A stretch of 40,567 nt of DNA from Gemmatimonadaceae bacterium. Its GTDB lineage: Bacteria > Gemmatimonadota > Gemmatimonadetes > Gemmatimonadales > Gemmatimonadaceae. Within the stretch, counting starts at the first letter, position 1; each line of letters starts with the position of its first letter. The stretch spans positions 1 to 40,567 of the forward strand of contig JANRJP010000139.1 of NCBI GenBank assembly GCA_033763905.1, read 5' to 3'. This document shows positions 8,481 through 17,320 of the stretch, in pieces. A program made the position numbers and the translations under genes. The notes beneath the pieces are model-generated. The model had not been told where the DNA came from. It was given only the letters and a program-made list of their open reading frames with translations, and ran no database searches.

Positions 8481-10603
8481 TTGGCCCGGGACTCGCCGTC
8501 TGGTTGCAGGCGGCGACCGCACTGACGCCGGTCGTGTCGACGGCGACCCGTGACCCGCGCGCGCTCGTCGCCGTACCGGGCGCGACGTCGGTCGTCGATT
8601 CGGCGACGTTGCGGCGCACGCGCGGCACGGCGGTCGCGGATGCCTTGCGGCTGGTGCCAGGCGTCACCGCCGGCTCGCTGTACGGCTCGGAAGACGTACG
8701 CGTCAGCATTCGCGGCGCGGGCAACCGCGGCGGCTTCGGCGTCCGTGGCGTGGCGTTGCTGCTCGATGGCGTGCCCGTCACGGAACCCGACGGCCAGGGT
8801 CGGCTCGACCTGCCCGAGTTGGCGATCGCGCGGCAGGTCGACGTCGTCCGCGGACCGTCCAGCGCCCTGTTCGGCGGCGCCGCCGGCGGTGGCGTGCTGA
8901 ACATCGTCACGCCGCGCGGCCGCGACCTGCCCGGGCTCGGCGTGCGATGGTGGCTGGGGAACCCCGCGGCGACCAAGGCTGACGTGTCCTACGGCACCAC
9001 CTCGGGTCCGTGGGACCTGCTGCTGCACGCCGGCGCCGCGGCGCAGGATGGCTACCGACGCTGGTCCACCGGTCGTGTCGAACGCGTGACGGTGCGCGGG
9101 ACGCGCACGGTGGCGCGCGACGGCTTCGTCGCGGTCGATGCTTCGGCGTCGACGCTGTCGCAGCGCATTCCCGGCGCACTGCTCGACGCCGAGCGCACGC
9201 GCGACCGCGATGCCACCGAGCCGATCAACCTGACGAATCGCTTTACCCGCGAGGAGCGACGCTGGCGTCTGGGGCTGCGCACCTCGCTGCCACTGGCGGG
9301 CACGCTGGACGCGTGGGCCTTTGCATCGGGGCGCGACAACGAGCAGGCGATCTTCCAATTCATTCGGCAGATCCAGCAGCGCGGTCAGCTGGGCCTGCGC
9401 CATCGCTTCGACGCCAAGGTAGGCGACACGCAGTGGCAGACCACGGTTGGCGCGGAAGTGGACCGTGCGCAGGGGCCGCAGACGAATTGGGTGAACCGCT
9501 TCGGGGCACCACTCGAGAGCACACCGTGCGTCGTCGATGCCACGTTCGGCACGTTTGTGCCCTGTGTGCGTCAGGACGCGACGCTGTCGTCTGGTGCGGT
9601 GTCGCTGCAGAGCGAAGTCACCCGCGGGCGCTGGGCCCTGACGGCCGGTGCACGCTACGACCAGGTCACCTTCGACATCGCGAACCGGATTCGTCCGCCG
9701 TTGTCGATCGACCGGCGCTTCACCCAACTCTCCCCGAAGGTGGCGCTTCTGTGGCGCGCAGCGCCCACCACCACGTGGTGGATGTCGGCCGCGCGCGGGT
9801 TCGAAGTACCGACCGCGGTCGAGCTCGCCACGTCGCCCGACACCCTCAAGGGCTTCAACGATGCGCTCGGGCCGTCGTCGCAGTGGCAGCTCGAGCTGGG
9901 CTGGCGTGGCACGATTGGCGCTCGTGTCGCCGGCGAAGTCGCCGCCTTCACGGCGGACGTGCGGGACGATTTCGTGTCGCGCACGGTGGTGATTCCCGGT
10001 GTGCCTGCGCCACGCGCGTACTTCGAGAACGCGGCGCGCGTGGTGAAGACCGGGCTCGAAGCGTCGCTCACGGCGTGGATCGCTCCGCGGTGGCAGCTGG
10101 GGCTCGCGCAGACCCTGAGCGACTTCCGCTTTCGCGACTTCCGCACCTCGATCACGGGCAGCGATTTCCGGCCGACGGTCGTGGATGTGTCGGGCAACCG
10201 GATTCCCGGTACGGCGCCTTGGCGCACCGTGGTGCAGTCGATGTGGCGGCCGACCAACGGACTGGATCTGACCGTGTGGGGCGAGTGGCAGGGACGGATC
10301 TTCGTCGACAACCTCAACGCCACCCGCGGCACGGTGTATCAGCGGAGCGGCGCTCTGCTCCCGGCGCCCGCGGTACTCACCGGTACCGCCACGCCGTACG
10401 GCGCGCTCGCACCGTCGGCACTCGTGCACGCAACGGCGACGTGGCGCACCGGCGGTGTGACCTGGCAACTGACCGCCGACAACCTACTCGGCGCGACGTG
10501 GGTGAGCACGATCGCCCCGAATGCCGCCAACGGACGGTTCTACTTCCCCGGCGCGGGGCGGGCGATCGCGATCGGCGCAACCGTCGGGACACTGCGCCCC
10601 TGA
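8477..10603 (+). CDS. TonB-dependent outer-membrane receptor (708 aa)
   Basis: GTGA overlap with the OsmC stop; VVSTATR, ADALRLVPGV, SIRG, LLLDGVP, VDVVRGPSSALFGGAAGGGVLNIVT plug motifs; GARYD; C-terminal DNLLG...FPGAGR. Confidence 0.9.
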   Translation: MIGPGLAVWLQAATALTPVVSTATRDPRALVAVPGATSVVDSATLRRTRGTAVADALRLVPGVTAGSLYGSEDVRVSIRGAGNRGGFGVRGVALLLDGVPVTEPDGQGRLDLPELAIARQVDVVRGPSSALFGGAAGGGVLNIVTPRGRDLPGLGVRWWLGNPAATKADVSYGTTSGPWDLLLHAGAAAQDGYRRWSTGRVERVTVRGTRTVARDGFVAVDASASTLSQRIPGALLDAERTRDRDATEPINLTNRFTREERRWRLGLRTSLPLAGTLDAWAFASGRDNEQAIFQFIRQIQQRGQLGLRHRFDAKVGDTQWQTTVGAEVDRAQGPQTNWVNRFGAPLESTPCVVDATFGTFVPCVRQDATLSSGAVSLQSEVTRGRWALTAGARYDQVTFDIANRIRPPLSIDRRFTQLSPKVALLWRAAPTTTWWMSAARGFEVPTAVELATSPDTLKGFNDALGPSSQWQLELGWRGTIGARVAGEVAAFTADVRDDFVSRTVVIPGVPAPRAYFENAARVVKTGLEASLTAWIAPRWQLGLAQTLSDFRFRDFRTSITGSDFRPTVVDVSGNRIPGTAPWRTVVQSMWRPTNGLDLTVWGEWQGRIFVDNLNATRGTVYQRSGALLPAPAVLTGTATPYGALAPSALVHATATWRTGGVTWQLTADNLLGATWVSTIAPNAANGRFYFPGAGRAIAIGATVGTLRP

Positions 10604-10881
10604 GCCACGCGCGACAGAATGCGGGCGCGCGCCGACGCCGACAGCAGCACCGGCGCGCGTTCGCGCAGCACACGGGTGAGCGCTCGGCGTTCTTCGTATG
10701 CGAGGGCACAGCTGGCGCACACCGCGAGGTGCACGCCGACATCGCGCCGGGCATCGGGGGCGAGTTCGCTGTCGATGTACGCCCACAGGGCACGCCGCAC
10801 CGCGGCGCATCGCCAGACAAGCTCGCGCCCCGTCGTGCCACGGGCGAAGCGGAAGGTTCGGGAGTACAGACCGTTCTTCAC
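10540..10881 (-). CDS. Zinc-binding anti-sigma (zf-HC2/ZAS) domain protein, stand-alone
   Basis: CAAVRRALWAYIDSELAPDARRDVGVHLAVCASC carries HxxxCxxC; its 3' end overlaps the receptor gene by 64 nt. Confidence 0.7.
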   Translation of the reverse strand: MKNGLYSRTFRFARGTTGRELVWRCAAVRRALWAYIDSELAPDARRDVGVHLAVCASCALAYEERRALTRVLRERAPVLLSASARARILSRVAQGRSVPTVAPIAIARPAPGK

Positions 10882-10889
10882 ACCGGCAC

Positions 10890-10915
10890 AATGCGTCGGT
10901 CCGGTTTCCGGTTCC
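10890..10915 (-). promoter_or_regulatory. Candidate ECF-sigma promoter
   Basis: Minus strand reads GGAAC-N17-CATT, ending 8 nt before the GTG of the anti-sigma gene. Confidence 0.45.
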
Positions 10916-10968
10916 GACCGGTTTGGGTTGCTTCCGTGGGCCCGGACTTCCAGCTTCCGTGTCCGTCA

Positions 10969-11460
10969 ATGGACCGGCCAGTCTCTAGCCAGATCGCGAT
11001 GCCCCAAGCCCTGTCGCCGTCGGTGTGCCGGACGTTCCGCGTCGCCGCACGAGTGATGAGTCCGGACGCAGCCCCGTCCACCGAAGACGGCTGGCTGGAG
11101 TGCGAGCTGCTGATCGCGCGTCGGCTGGCCGACCTGCCCGCCAATCGTCGCCGGCAGATGCTTGGATTCGTGCGCGCGCTCCCCGCGCTGGCTGCGGCGC
11201 TGACCGGTCGCCGCTTCGCGCGGCTGTCGGCGGTGCAAGTGCTGGCCTTGCTGCATCGACTCGAAGCGAGCCCGGTGGCAGCCCTGCGACGTGGGGTCTG
11301 GGGTCTGCGGACGCTCGTCTTCGCCGGCGTCTATGGTCGCCCCGAGACCGCGATCGCGACCGGCTGGCGGCCCCACGACGGCGGCTGGGAGGGGCGTGCG
11401 GCCGAGCGCGTCCGCACCACCCCCGGTGGCAGTCCGTCGCCGTTGCGCTTGCTGCCGTGA
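10969..11460 (+). CDS. Gluconate 2-dehydrogenase subunit-3-like small partner of the GMC oxidoreductase
   Basis: 3' part of ORF 9010..11460; GRRFARLSAVQVLALLHRLE...RRGVWGLRTLVFAGVYGRPE...ATGW; GTGA overlap with the GMC gene. Start 10969 or 10999. Confidence 0.7.
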   Translation: MDRPVSSQIAMPQALSPSVCRTFRVAARVMSPDAAPSTEDGWLECELLIARRLADLPANRRRQMLGFVRALPALAAALTGRRFARLSAVQVLALLHRLEASPVAALRRGVWGLRTLVFAGVYGRPETAIATGWRPHDGGWEGRAAERVRTTPGGSPSPLRLLP

Positions 11461-12968
11461 CGCCACCGGTCGCGGTCGACGTCGTCATCATTGGCGCGGG
11501 TGCCGGCGGCGGTGCCGTGGCGGAGGGCTTGCTCCCGCTGGTGCGCGACGGCCTCTCGGTGCTGCTGCTCGAGCGCGGACCGCGCATCACGCCGCACCAG
11601 CTGACGACGAACGAAGCCGATATGGTGGCGCTGCTCTACCACCGGCAGGGCGCGTTTCTGACCGACGACGGCTCGATGTCCCTCGCGATGGGTCGCGGCG
11701 TGGGTGGCTCGTCGCTGGTGCACGGCGGGATTGTCGCCGTGCCCTCGCAGGGGGCGATCGATGCGTGGCGGGTGCCCGGCCTGCAGTTCGCCGATCTCGA
11801 ACGCCGCGCGCTCGGCCTGGCCGCGCGGATGGACCGCGCGTTTCTCGCGCCCGAGGCGATCAACGAGAACAACCGGCTGTTCGCGGAAGGTGCGGGACGC
11901 CTCGGCTTGCAGCCGGTGCAACTACCGATCAGCGCCCGTGGTTGCCGCGGCGCCGCGCGCTGTCATCTGGGGTGCCCCAACGGCGCCCCCCTTGGCACGG
12001 TGCGCCGACAACTGCCGGAAGTCGAGGCGGCCGGCGTCCGCGTGGTGCCCCACGCGGACGTCCTGCGCATCACGCCGCGCCGCGTTCACCTGCGCGTGCG
12101 GGCGTCGGCGGACGATGTCGGCGCGTGGCCGGAGGGCGACTACGTCGTGGACGCACCGGTGATCGTCTTGGCCGCTGGCGCGATCGAGACGCCCGCGCTG
12201 TTGCTGCGATCGGGATTCGGCGCCACGCATCGGCAGGTCGGGCGCCGATTCACGTGTCATCCGTCCCAGTTGATCGTCGCCGAGCATCCGCGCGTGATCA
12301 CCAGTGACGTCGGGCATCCGACGAGCTACCAGATCGACCGCGGCGCCGACGCGGGCTTCGTGCTCGAACCGACCTTCGCGACGCCAATGGTCGCCGCAGC
12401 GCAGCTGACCGGATTCGGCCCAGCGCACGCGCAGATGATGCGCGCCTTTCCTCGGCTGCAAATGATCCGGGCCATCGCACGCGATGCCGCGACGCCAGAC
12501 AACCGTGTCACGATCACGCGGGACGGAGCAGCAGTCGTTCACTACGAGCCGAGCGCCTCGGTGCGCCGCGCGCTGGTTGCCGCGCAGCGCACCGCCGCAC
12601 GCGTCGTCTTCGCCGCTGGCGCGGTGCGTGTGCATCTGCCCGCCGCACATCCCCCGTTGCTCGATCGTCGCGCGATCGATCACATCGACACGCTGGTCCG
12701 CGACGAGCTGCAGCTACCGGGCCGCGTGTCGCTGTGGGCATCGCACCTGATGGGCGGCGCGGCGATGGGGCGCGACACGTCCGACTCGGTGACCGACGCG
12801 GCAGGCCGCGTACACCACACGCCTTGGCTTCGCGTGGCCGACGCGTCCTTGATTCCCGATGGGCTCGACACCGCCCCCTCACTCACGGTGATGGCCCTGG
12901 CCGACCGCGTCGCCGAAGCCATCCGTGCCGACCTCGGCAGCCTTCGGCCGCTCGCGCGCCATCAATGA
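11457..12968 (+). CDS. GMC family FAD oxidoreductase (503 aa)
   Basis: DVVIIGAGAGG, LLLERG, GRGVGGSS, CRGAARCHLGCP, VLAAGAIETPALLLRSG, SHLMGGAAMG, LRVADAS. Confidence 0.9.
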   Translation: MTPPVAVDVVIIGAGAGGGAVAEGLLPLVRDGLSVLLLERGPRITPHQLTTNEADMVALLYHRQGAFLTDDGSMSLAMGRGVGGSSLVHGGIVAVPSQGAIDAWRVPGLQFADLERRALGLAARMDRAFLAPEAINENNRLFAEGAGRLGLQPVQLPISARGCRGAARCHLGCPNGAPLGTVRRQLPEVEAAGVRVVPHADVLRITPRRVHLRVRASADDVGAWPEGDYVVDAPVIVLAAGAIETPALLLRSGFGATHRQVGRRFTCHPSQLIVAEHPRVITSDVGHPTSYQIDRGADAGFVLEPTFATPMVAAAQLTGFGPAHAQMMRAFPRLQMIRAIARDAATPDNRVTITRDGAAVVHYEPSASVRRALVAAQRTAARVVFAAGAVRVHLPAAHPPLLDRRAIDHIDTLVRDELQLPGRVSLWASHLMGGAAMGRDTSDSVTDAAGRVHHTPWLRVADASLIPDGLDTAPSLTVMALADRVAEAIRADLGSLRPLARHQ

Positions 12969-14152
12969 CGCTCGCGCCGCCGTTCCCGCACTCGCTCGAC
13001 GCCGCCCTCGCGCAGTCGCTCGCGGCCCTCGCCCAGGAGTCGCGCCTGCGGCAGTTGCACCCGTGGGCGGCACGATCGCCGGGATGCGTGCAGGACGAGA
13101 CCGGCCGCACCTTCATCGACTTCGCGTCGAACGACTATCTGGGCCTCGCGGCCGATCCGCGACTGTCGCAGGCGGCCGCGCGATTCCTTGCGGAGCACGC
13201 GCCCGGGGCGCCCGCCTCGCGATTGATCTCGGGCGACCACCCCGCGCATCACGCGCTCGAGCAGGCGCTGGCCGCGATGGAAGCGACCGAGGCCTCGCTC
13301 GTGTTCGGCTCGGGGTTTCTTGCCAACGCCGGCACGATTCCGGCGCTCGTCGAGCGCGGCGATCTCATCGTCGCCGACGCCGCGAACCACGCCTCACTGA
13401 TCGACGCCTGCCGGCTCTCGCGCGCCGACGTGATCGTCACGCCGCACGCCGACGCGGAGGCCGTCGCACACACGCTGCAGCGTGAACGGCATCGGGTGCG
13501 CCGCGCGATGATCGTGACCGACGGTGTCTTCTCGATGGACGCCGATGTGGCGCCGCTGGAGGCGCTCGCGGCCGTCGCGCGGCGCTTCGATGCGTGGACC
13601 TACGTCGACGACGCCCACGGCCACGGCGTGCTCGCCGACGGCCGCGGGGTCGTCGGGCTGGTCGGCGCGGATGCGGTGCCCGATGTACGAATGGGCACCT
13701 TGGGCAAGGCCTTTGGCGTCGGCGGCGGATTCGTGGCGGGATCCTCGACGCTGGTGGAGTGGCTCCGCAATCGGGCGCGGACGTTCGTGTTCACCACCGC
13801 GATGCCACCAGTGGTGGCCGTTGCGGCGCACGAAGGCCTCCGCATCGCAACGGCGGAAACGTGGCGCCGCACGCGCGTCGCTGACGTTGGCGCCCGCGTG
13901 CGCCGCGCCTGTGCGGACGCCGGTGTCGTGACGCTGGGCCAGGTGCCGCATCTGGTGCCCATTGTCGTCGGCGATGATGCGCGCACGGTCGCGATCGGCC
14001 GCGCACTGCGCGACCGCGGCGTCCTCGTGGGCGCCATCCGTCCGCCGACCGTCCCCGTGGGCACCGCGCGACTGCGCATCTCCTGCTCCGCCGCTCACAC
14101 CGACGCCCAGATCGACCAGCTCCTCGCCGAACTGCTCCCGCTGCTCCAATGA
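12965..14152 (+). CDS. bioF: 8-amino-7-oxononanoate synthase
   Basis: FASNDYLGLA, FGSGFLAN, NHASLIDAC, DGVFSMD, DDAHG, GTLGKAFG, IRPPTVPVGTARLRIS; ATGA overlap with the GMC stop. Confidence 0.95.
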   Translation: MTLAPPFPHSLDAALAQSLAALAQESRLRQLHPWAARSPGCVQDETGRTFIDFASNDYLGLAADPRLSQAAARFLAEHAPGAPASRLISGDHPAHHALEQALAAMEATEASLVFGSGFLANAGTIPALVERGDLIVADAANHASLIDACRLSRADVIVTPHADAEAVAHTLQRERHRVRRAMIVTDGVFSMDADVAPLEALAAVARRFDAWTYVDDAHGHGVLADGRGVVGLVGADAVPDVRMGTLGKAFGVGGGFVAGSSTLVEWLRNRARTFVFTTAMPPVVAVAAHEGLRIATAETWRRTRVADVGARVRRACADAGVVTLGQVPHLVPIVVGDDARTVAIGRALRDRGVLVGAIRPPTVPVGTARLRISCSAAHTDAQIDQLLAELLPLLQ

Positions 14153-15432
14153 CCGGCACGACCCGCTCCATCGCCTCGCTCGACCGCGCCCACGTCTGGC
14201 ACCCGTACACGCAACACGGCCTGCCCCCGCTGCCGCTGCCCATCGCCCGCGCGGCGGGTGCCTACCTCGAGACGACCGACGGCCGTCGACTCTTCGATGC
14301 GATCTCCAGTTGGTGGGTGACGCTGCACGGCCACGCGCAGCCCGAGATCGCCGACGCGATCGCCGCCCAAGCCCGCACACTCGAGCACGTCATCTTCGCC
14401 GGCTTCACGCACGCGCCCGCGGCCGAGTTCGCGTCGGCGCTCACGCGCGTGCTGCCGGCCGGCCTGGAGCGGATCTTCTACTCCGACAACGGCTCGACGG
14501 CGGTGGAAGCGGCGATCAAGATGGCCATCCAGTACTGGCGGCATCGCGGCCAGACGCGGCGACTGCTCGTCGCGCTCGAGGGGGCGTACCACGGCGACAC
14601 CTTCGGTGCGATGAGCGTGAGTGGCGCCGATCTGTTCACCGAGCCGTTTCGCGAGCACCTGTTCGACGTGGTGCGACTGCCCGACCCGAGCCGCGACGGC
14701 TCGGCGACCGTCGCGGCGCTCGAGACGCTGCTCGCGTCACGCGGGGATGAGATTGCGGCCGTCATCGTGGAACCGCTGGTGCTCGGCGCCGGCGGAATGC
14801 AGATGTACGCCGCCGAGACCCTGCGCGCGCTCCGCGCGGCCTGCCTCGACCGCACGCTCTTCATCGCCGATGAAGTGCTGACCGGGTTCGGTCGCACCGG
14901 GCCGCTCTTCGCGTGCGCGCACGCCGACATCGCGCCGGATCTGCTGACGATGTCGAAGGGCATCACGGGTGGGTTTCTCCCGCTGGGCGCGACGGCCGCC
15001 ACCGCGCAGATTTTCGACGCGTTCGTCAGCGACGATCGCCGTCGATCCTTCTTTCACGGCCATTCGTACACCGGCAACCCGCTGGCCTGCGCGGCGGGCT
15101 TGGCGTCCTTGGCGCTGCTGGACGACGCGAGCGCCGAGCGGCGCACGCGCATCGAGGCCGCCCATCGGTCTGCGCTCGCGCGCCTGGCCAACGCACCGTG
15201 GGTCCGCGACGTCCGCGTGCTGGGGACGATCGGCGCGCTGACGCTCGACACCGGCCCCGCAGGCTACCTGAATCCGATCGGCCGCGAGCTCGCCGCGTAT
15301 GCGCTCACGCGGGGCGTACTGCTCCGTCCGTTGGGCGACGTGGTGTATGTCCTCCCGCCCTACTGCACGACGGACGACGAGATCGCGATGGTCTGGTCGG
15401 TGGTCGACGATTTCCTGAGGCAGCCGCGATGA
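14149..15432 (+). CDS. bioA: Adenosylmethionine-8-amino-7-oxononanoate aminotransferase
   Basis: WHPYTQH, DAISSWWVTLHGH, SDNGSTAVE, YHGDTFGAMS, DEVLTGFGRTG, SKGITGG, HGHSYTGNP. Confidence 0.95.
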   Translation: MTGTTRSIASLDRAHVWHPYTQHGLPPLPLPIARAAGAYLETTDGRRLFDAISSWWVTLHGHAQPEIADAIAAQARTLEHVIFAGFTHAPAAEFASALTRVLPAGLERIFYSDNGSTAVEAAIKMAIQYWRHRGQTRRLLVALEGAYHGDTFGAMSVSGADLFTEPFREHLFDVVRLPDPSRDGSATVAALETLLASRGDEIAAVIVEPLVLGAGGMQMYAAETLRALRAACLDRTLFIADEVLTGFGRTGPLFACAHADIAPDLLTMSKGITGGFLPLGATAATAQIFDAFVSDDRRRSFFHGHSYTGNPLACAAGLASLALLDDASAERRTRIEAAHRSALARLANAPWVRDVRVLGTIGALTLDTGPAGYLNPIGRELAAYALTRGVLLRPLGDVVYVLPPYCTTDDEIAMVWSVVDDFLRQPR

Positions 15433-16133
15433 TCCGCCTGGGCATCACCGGGACCGACACCGGCGTGGGGAAGACGATCGTCACCGCCGCCCTCGCGGCA
15501 CTGCTCGCGCAGGGCGGACGTCGGGTGGCGGTGGCGAAGCCGATCGAAACCGGACTCGACCCGATCACTCGGCGTGACGAACGGGGAGATCCGCCCGACC
15601 ACGAGTTGCTGGCCGAGGCAGCGGGTGCGGGCGACGCGCTTGCGGCGGTGTGCCCGTTGGTGCTCCCCGACCCGTTGGCGCCGATGGTCGCCGCGGCACG
15701 CGCGGGCGTCGAGATCGACCTGCGCGCGCTGGACCACGCGATCACGACGCTCAGCGAAGGCCGCGATGCGCTGCTGGTCGAGGGCGCGGGCGGTCTGCTG
15801 GTGCCGATCACCGCCGAGGTCGCCTTTGATGCCCTCTTCGCCCGCTGGCGGCTTGAGGTGATCGTGGTGGCCGCCAACCGGCTGGGGTGCATCAGTCACA
15901 CGCGGCTCACCGTGGCGGCCGCTCGCGCGGCGGGGTTGTCCGTCCGCGGCATCGTCTTGAATGAGGTCCAGCCGTCGGAGGCGCGCGATCTTGCGCGCGC
16001 CACCAATGGTGAACTGTTGCAGTCGCTGTACCCCGAGTTGCCGGTGATCGGCTTCCCGTACCAACCGGCGCCTCGGGACGTCGTGCGGCTCGCCCGCGCC
16101 GCCGCTGAATCCGGACTGGCCGCTCTGCTATAG
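15429..16133 (+). CDS. bioD: Dethiobiotin synthase
   Basis: [39 protein letters not shown] overlap with the bioA stop. Confidence 0.95.
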   Translation: MIRLGITGTDTGVGKTIVTAALAALLAQGGRRVAVAKPIETGLDPITRRDERGDPPDHELLAEAAGAGDALAAVCPLVLPDPLAPMVAAARAGVEIDLRALDHAITTLSEGRDALLVEGAGGLLVPITAEVAFDALFARWRLEVIVVAANRLGCISHTRLTVAAARAAGLSVRGIVLNEVQPSEARDLARATNGELLQSLYPELPVIGFPYQPAPRDVVRLARAAAESGLAALL

Positions 16134-16179
16134 TGCAACCACGTGCGCGCGCACATTCGGTGCCGCTGCACACGGTTGC
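16126..16179 (+). promoter_or_regulatory. Extended -10 element plus long imperfect inverted repeat upstream of bioB
   Basis: TGcTATAGT at 16126-16134; dyad GCAACC-ac-GTGC...GCAC-ac-GGTTGC at 16135-16179. Confidence 0.45.
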
Positions 16180-16198
16180 CCCTCCCCGCGTTTCCCGT

Positions 16199-17278
16199 AT
16201 GACGACGCTCGCGCACGATCACTGGCATCGCCTTGCCGACCGCGCCCTGGCCGGCGAACCCCTGCACCGCGAGGAATCGCGGAGCGTGCTGCAGGCCGGA
16301 GACGACGTACTCCTCGACCAGTTGGCGGCCGCATATCGCGTGCGACGCGCCACGTGGGGCAATCGCGTGCGGCTGCACTTTCTGCTCAACGCGCAGAGCG
16401 GTCTGTGCCCCGAAGATTGCGGCTACTGCTCGCAGTCCAAGATCAGCGCAGCCGAGATCGAGAAGTACCCGATGCTCGCGCTCGACCAGATTCTCGCGGC
16501 CGCCGATCGTGCCGCGGCGCTCAAGGCCGGAACGTTCTGTCTCGTGATTTCGGGACGCTCGCCGGGCGAGACGGTGTTCTCGAAGGTGCTGGGTGCGGTC
16601 GAAGCCATCACGGCGAAGCACGACCTCAAGGTCTGCTGCTGCCTCGGGCTCCTGTCCGACGAGCAGACGCAGCGCCTCAAGGCCGCCGGGGTCGATACCG
16701 TGAATCACAACCTGAACACGTCGCGTCGATACACCGGCGAGATCGTGCAGACGCACACCTTCGACGATCGCGTCGAGACGGTCCGTCGGGTCCGCGAGGC
16801 CGGCCTGCGCACCTGCAGCGGCGGCATCGTGGGGATGGGCGAGACCGACGACGACATCATCGACCTCGCGATGGCGTTGCGCGACGAAGGCGTGGCGAGC
16901 GTGCCGCTCAACTTTCTGATTCCGATCGAGGGGACGCCGCTGGCACAGCAGAGTTCGCTCGACCCGCGCCGCTGCCTGCGCATTCTCACGCTCTTCCGGC
17001 TGCTCCTGCCAACGCAGGAGCTGCGCATCGCTGGCGGTCGCGAGGTGCATCTGCGCGCCCTGCAACCGCTGGGCTTGTATCCGGCCAACTCGATCTTCAT
17101 CGGCGACTACCTCACGACGCAGGGCGCGGAGGCCAAGGCGGACCTTCGGATGATCGAAGACGCCGGCTTCGTGCTCGAGCACGCCGATGGGTCGGCGTTC
17201 ACGGGGGACGCCTTCGCCGGCATCCCGGACGAGTATCCGCGCGCACCGCTCGCGATGCCGGACGCCGCGCTGCGCTGA
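16199..17278 (+). CDS. bioB: Biotin synthase
   Basis: [17 protein letters not shown] radical SAM motif, [48 protein letters not shown]. Confidence 0.97.
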   Translation: MTTLAHDHWHRLADRALAGEPLHREESRSVLQAGDDVLLDQLAAAYRVRRATWGNRVRLHFLLNAQSGLCPEDCGYCSQSKISAAEIEKYPMLALDQILAAADRAAALKAGTFCLVISGRSPGETVFSKVLGAVEAITAKHDLKVCCCLGLLSDEQTQRLKAAGVDTVNHNLNTSRRYTGEIVQTHTFDDRVETVRRVREAGLRTCSGGIVGMGETDDDIIDLAMALRDEGVASVPLNFLIPIEGTPLAQQSSLDPRRCLRILTLFRLLLPTQELRIAGGREVHLRALQPLGLYPANSIFIGDYLTTQGAEAKADLRMIEDAGFVLEHADGSAFTGDAFAGIPDEYPRAPLAMPDAALR

Positions 17279-17282
17279 CGCG

Positions 17283-17320
17283 GACCCGACGCGCGGCGCT
17301 AGCGCAGCGTCCGTCGGGTC
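17283..17320. terminator. Hairpin between convergent bioB and hrpB
   Basis: GACCCGACG pairs with CGTCGGGTC around an inner GCGCTAGCGC palindrome centred on the hrpB stop. Confidence 0.55.

Noticed and set aside
2526..10603. FusA/FusC-like protein-import system (TonB receptor, M16 protease, ferredoxin)
   Set aside because: The protease and receptor are separated by a hairpin and five genes, the receptor is small (708 aa), and the ferredoxin is a thioredoxin-fold protein with no signal peptide.
10916..10968. BirA operator upstream of the GMC-bio operon
   Set aside because: Only one GGTTGC half-site and a weak TTGCTT-N17-CAGCTT promoter candidate; no correctly spaced dyad.
9010..11460. 816-aa ORF
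   Set aside because: Only the last 153-163 codons look like a real protein; the rest is an off-frame overlap with the receptor gene.
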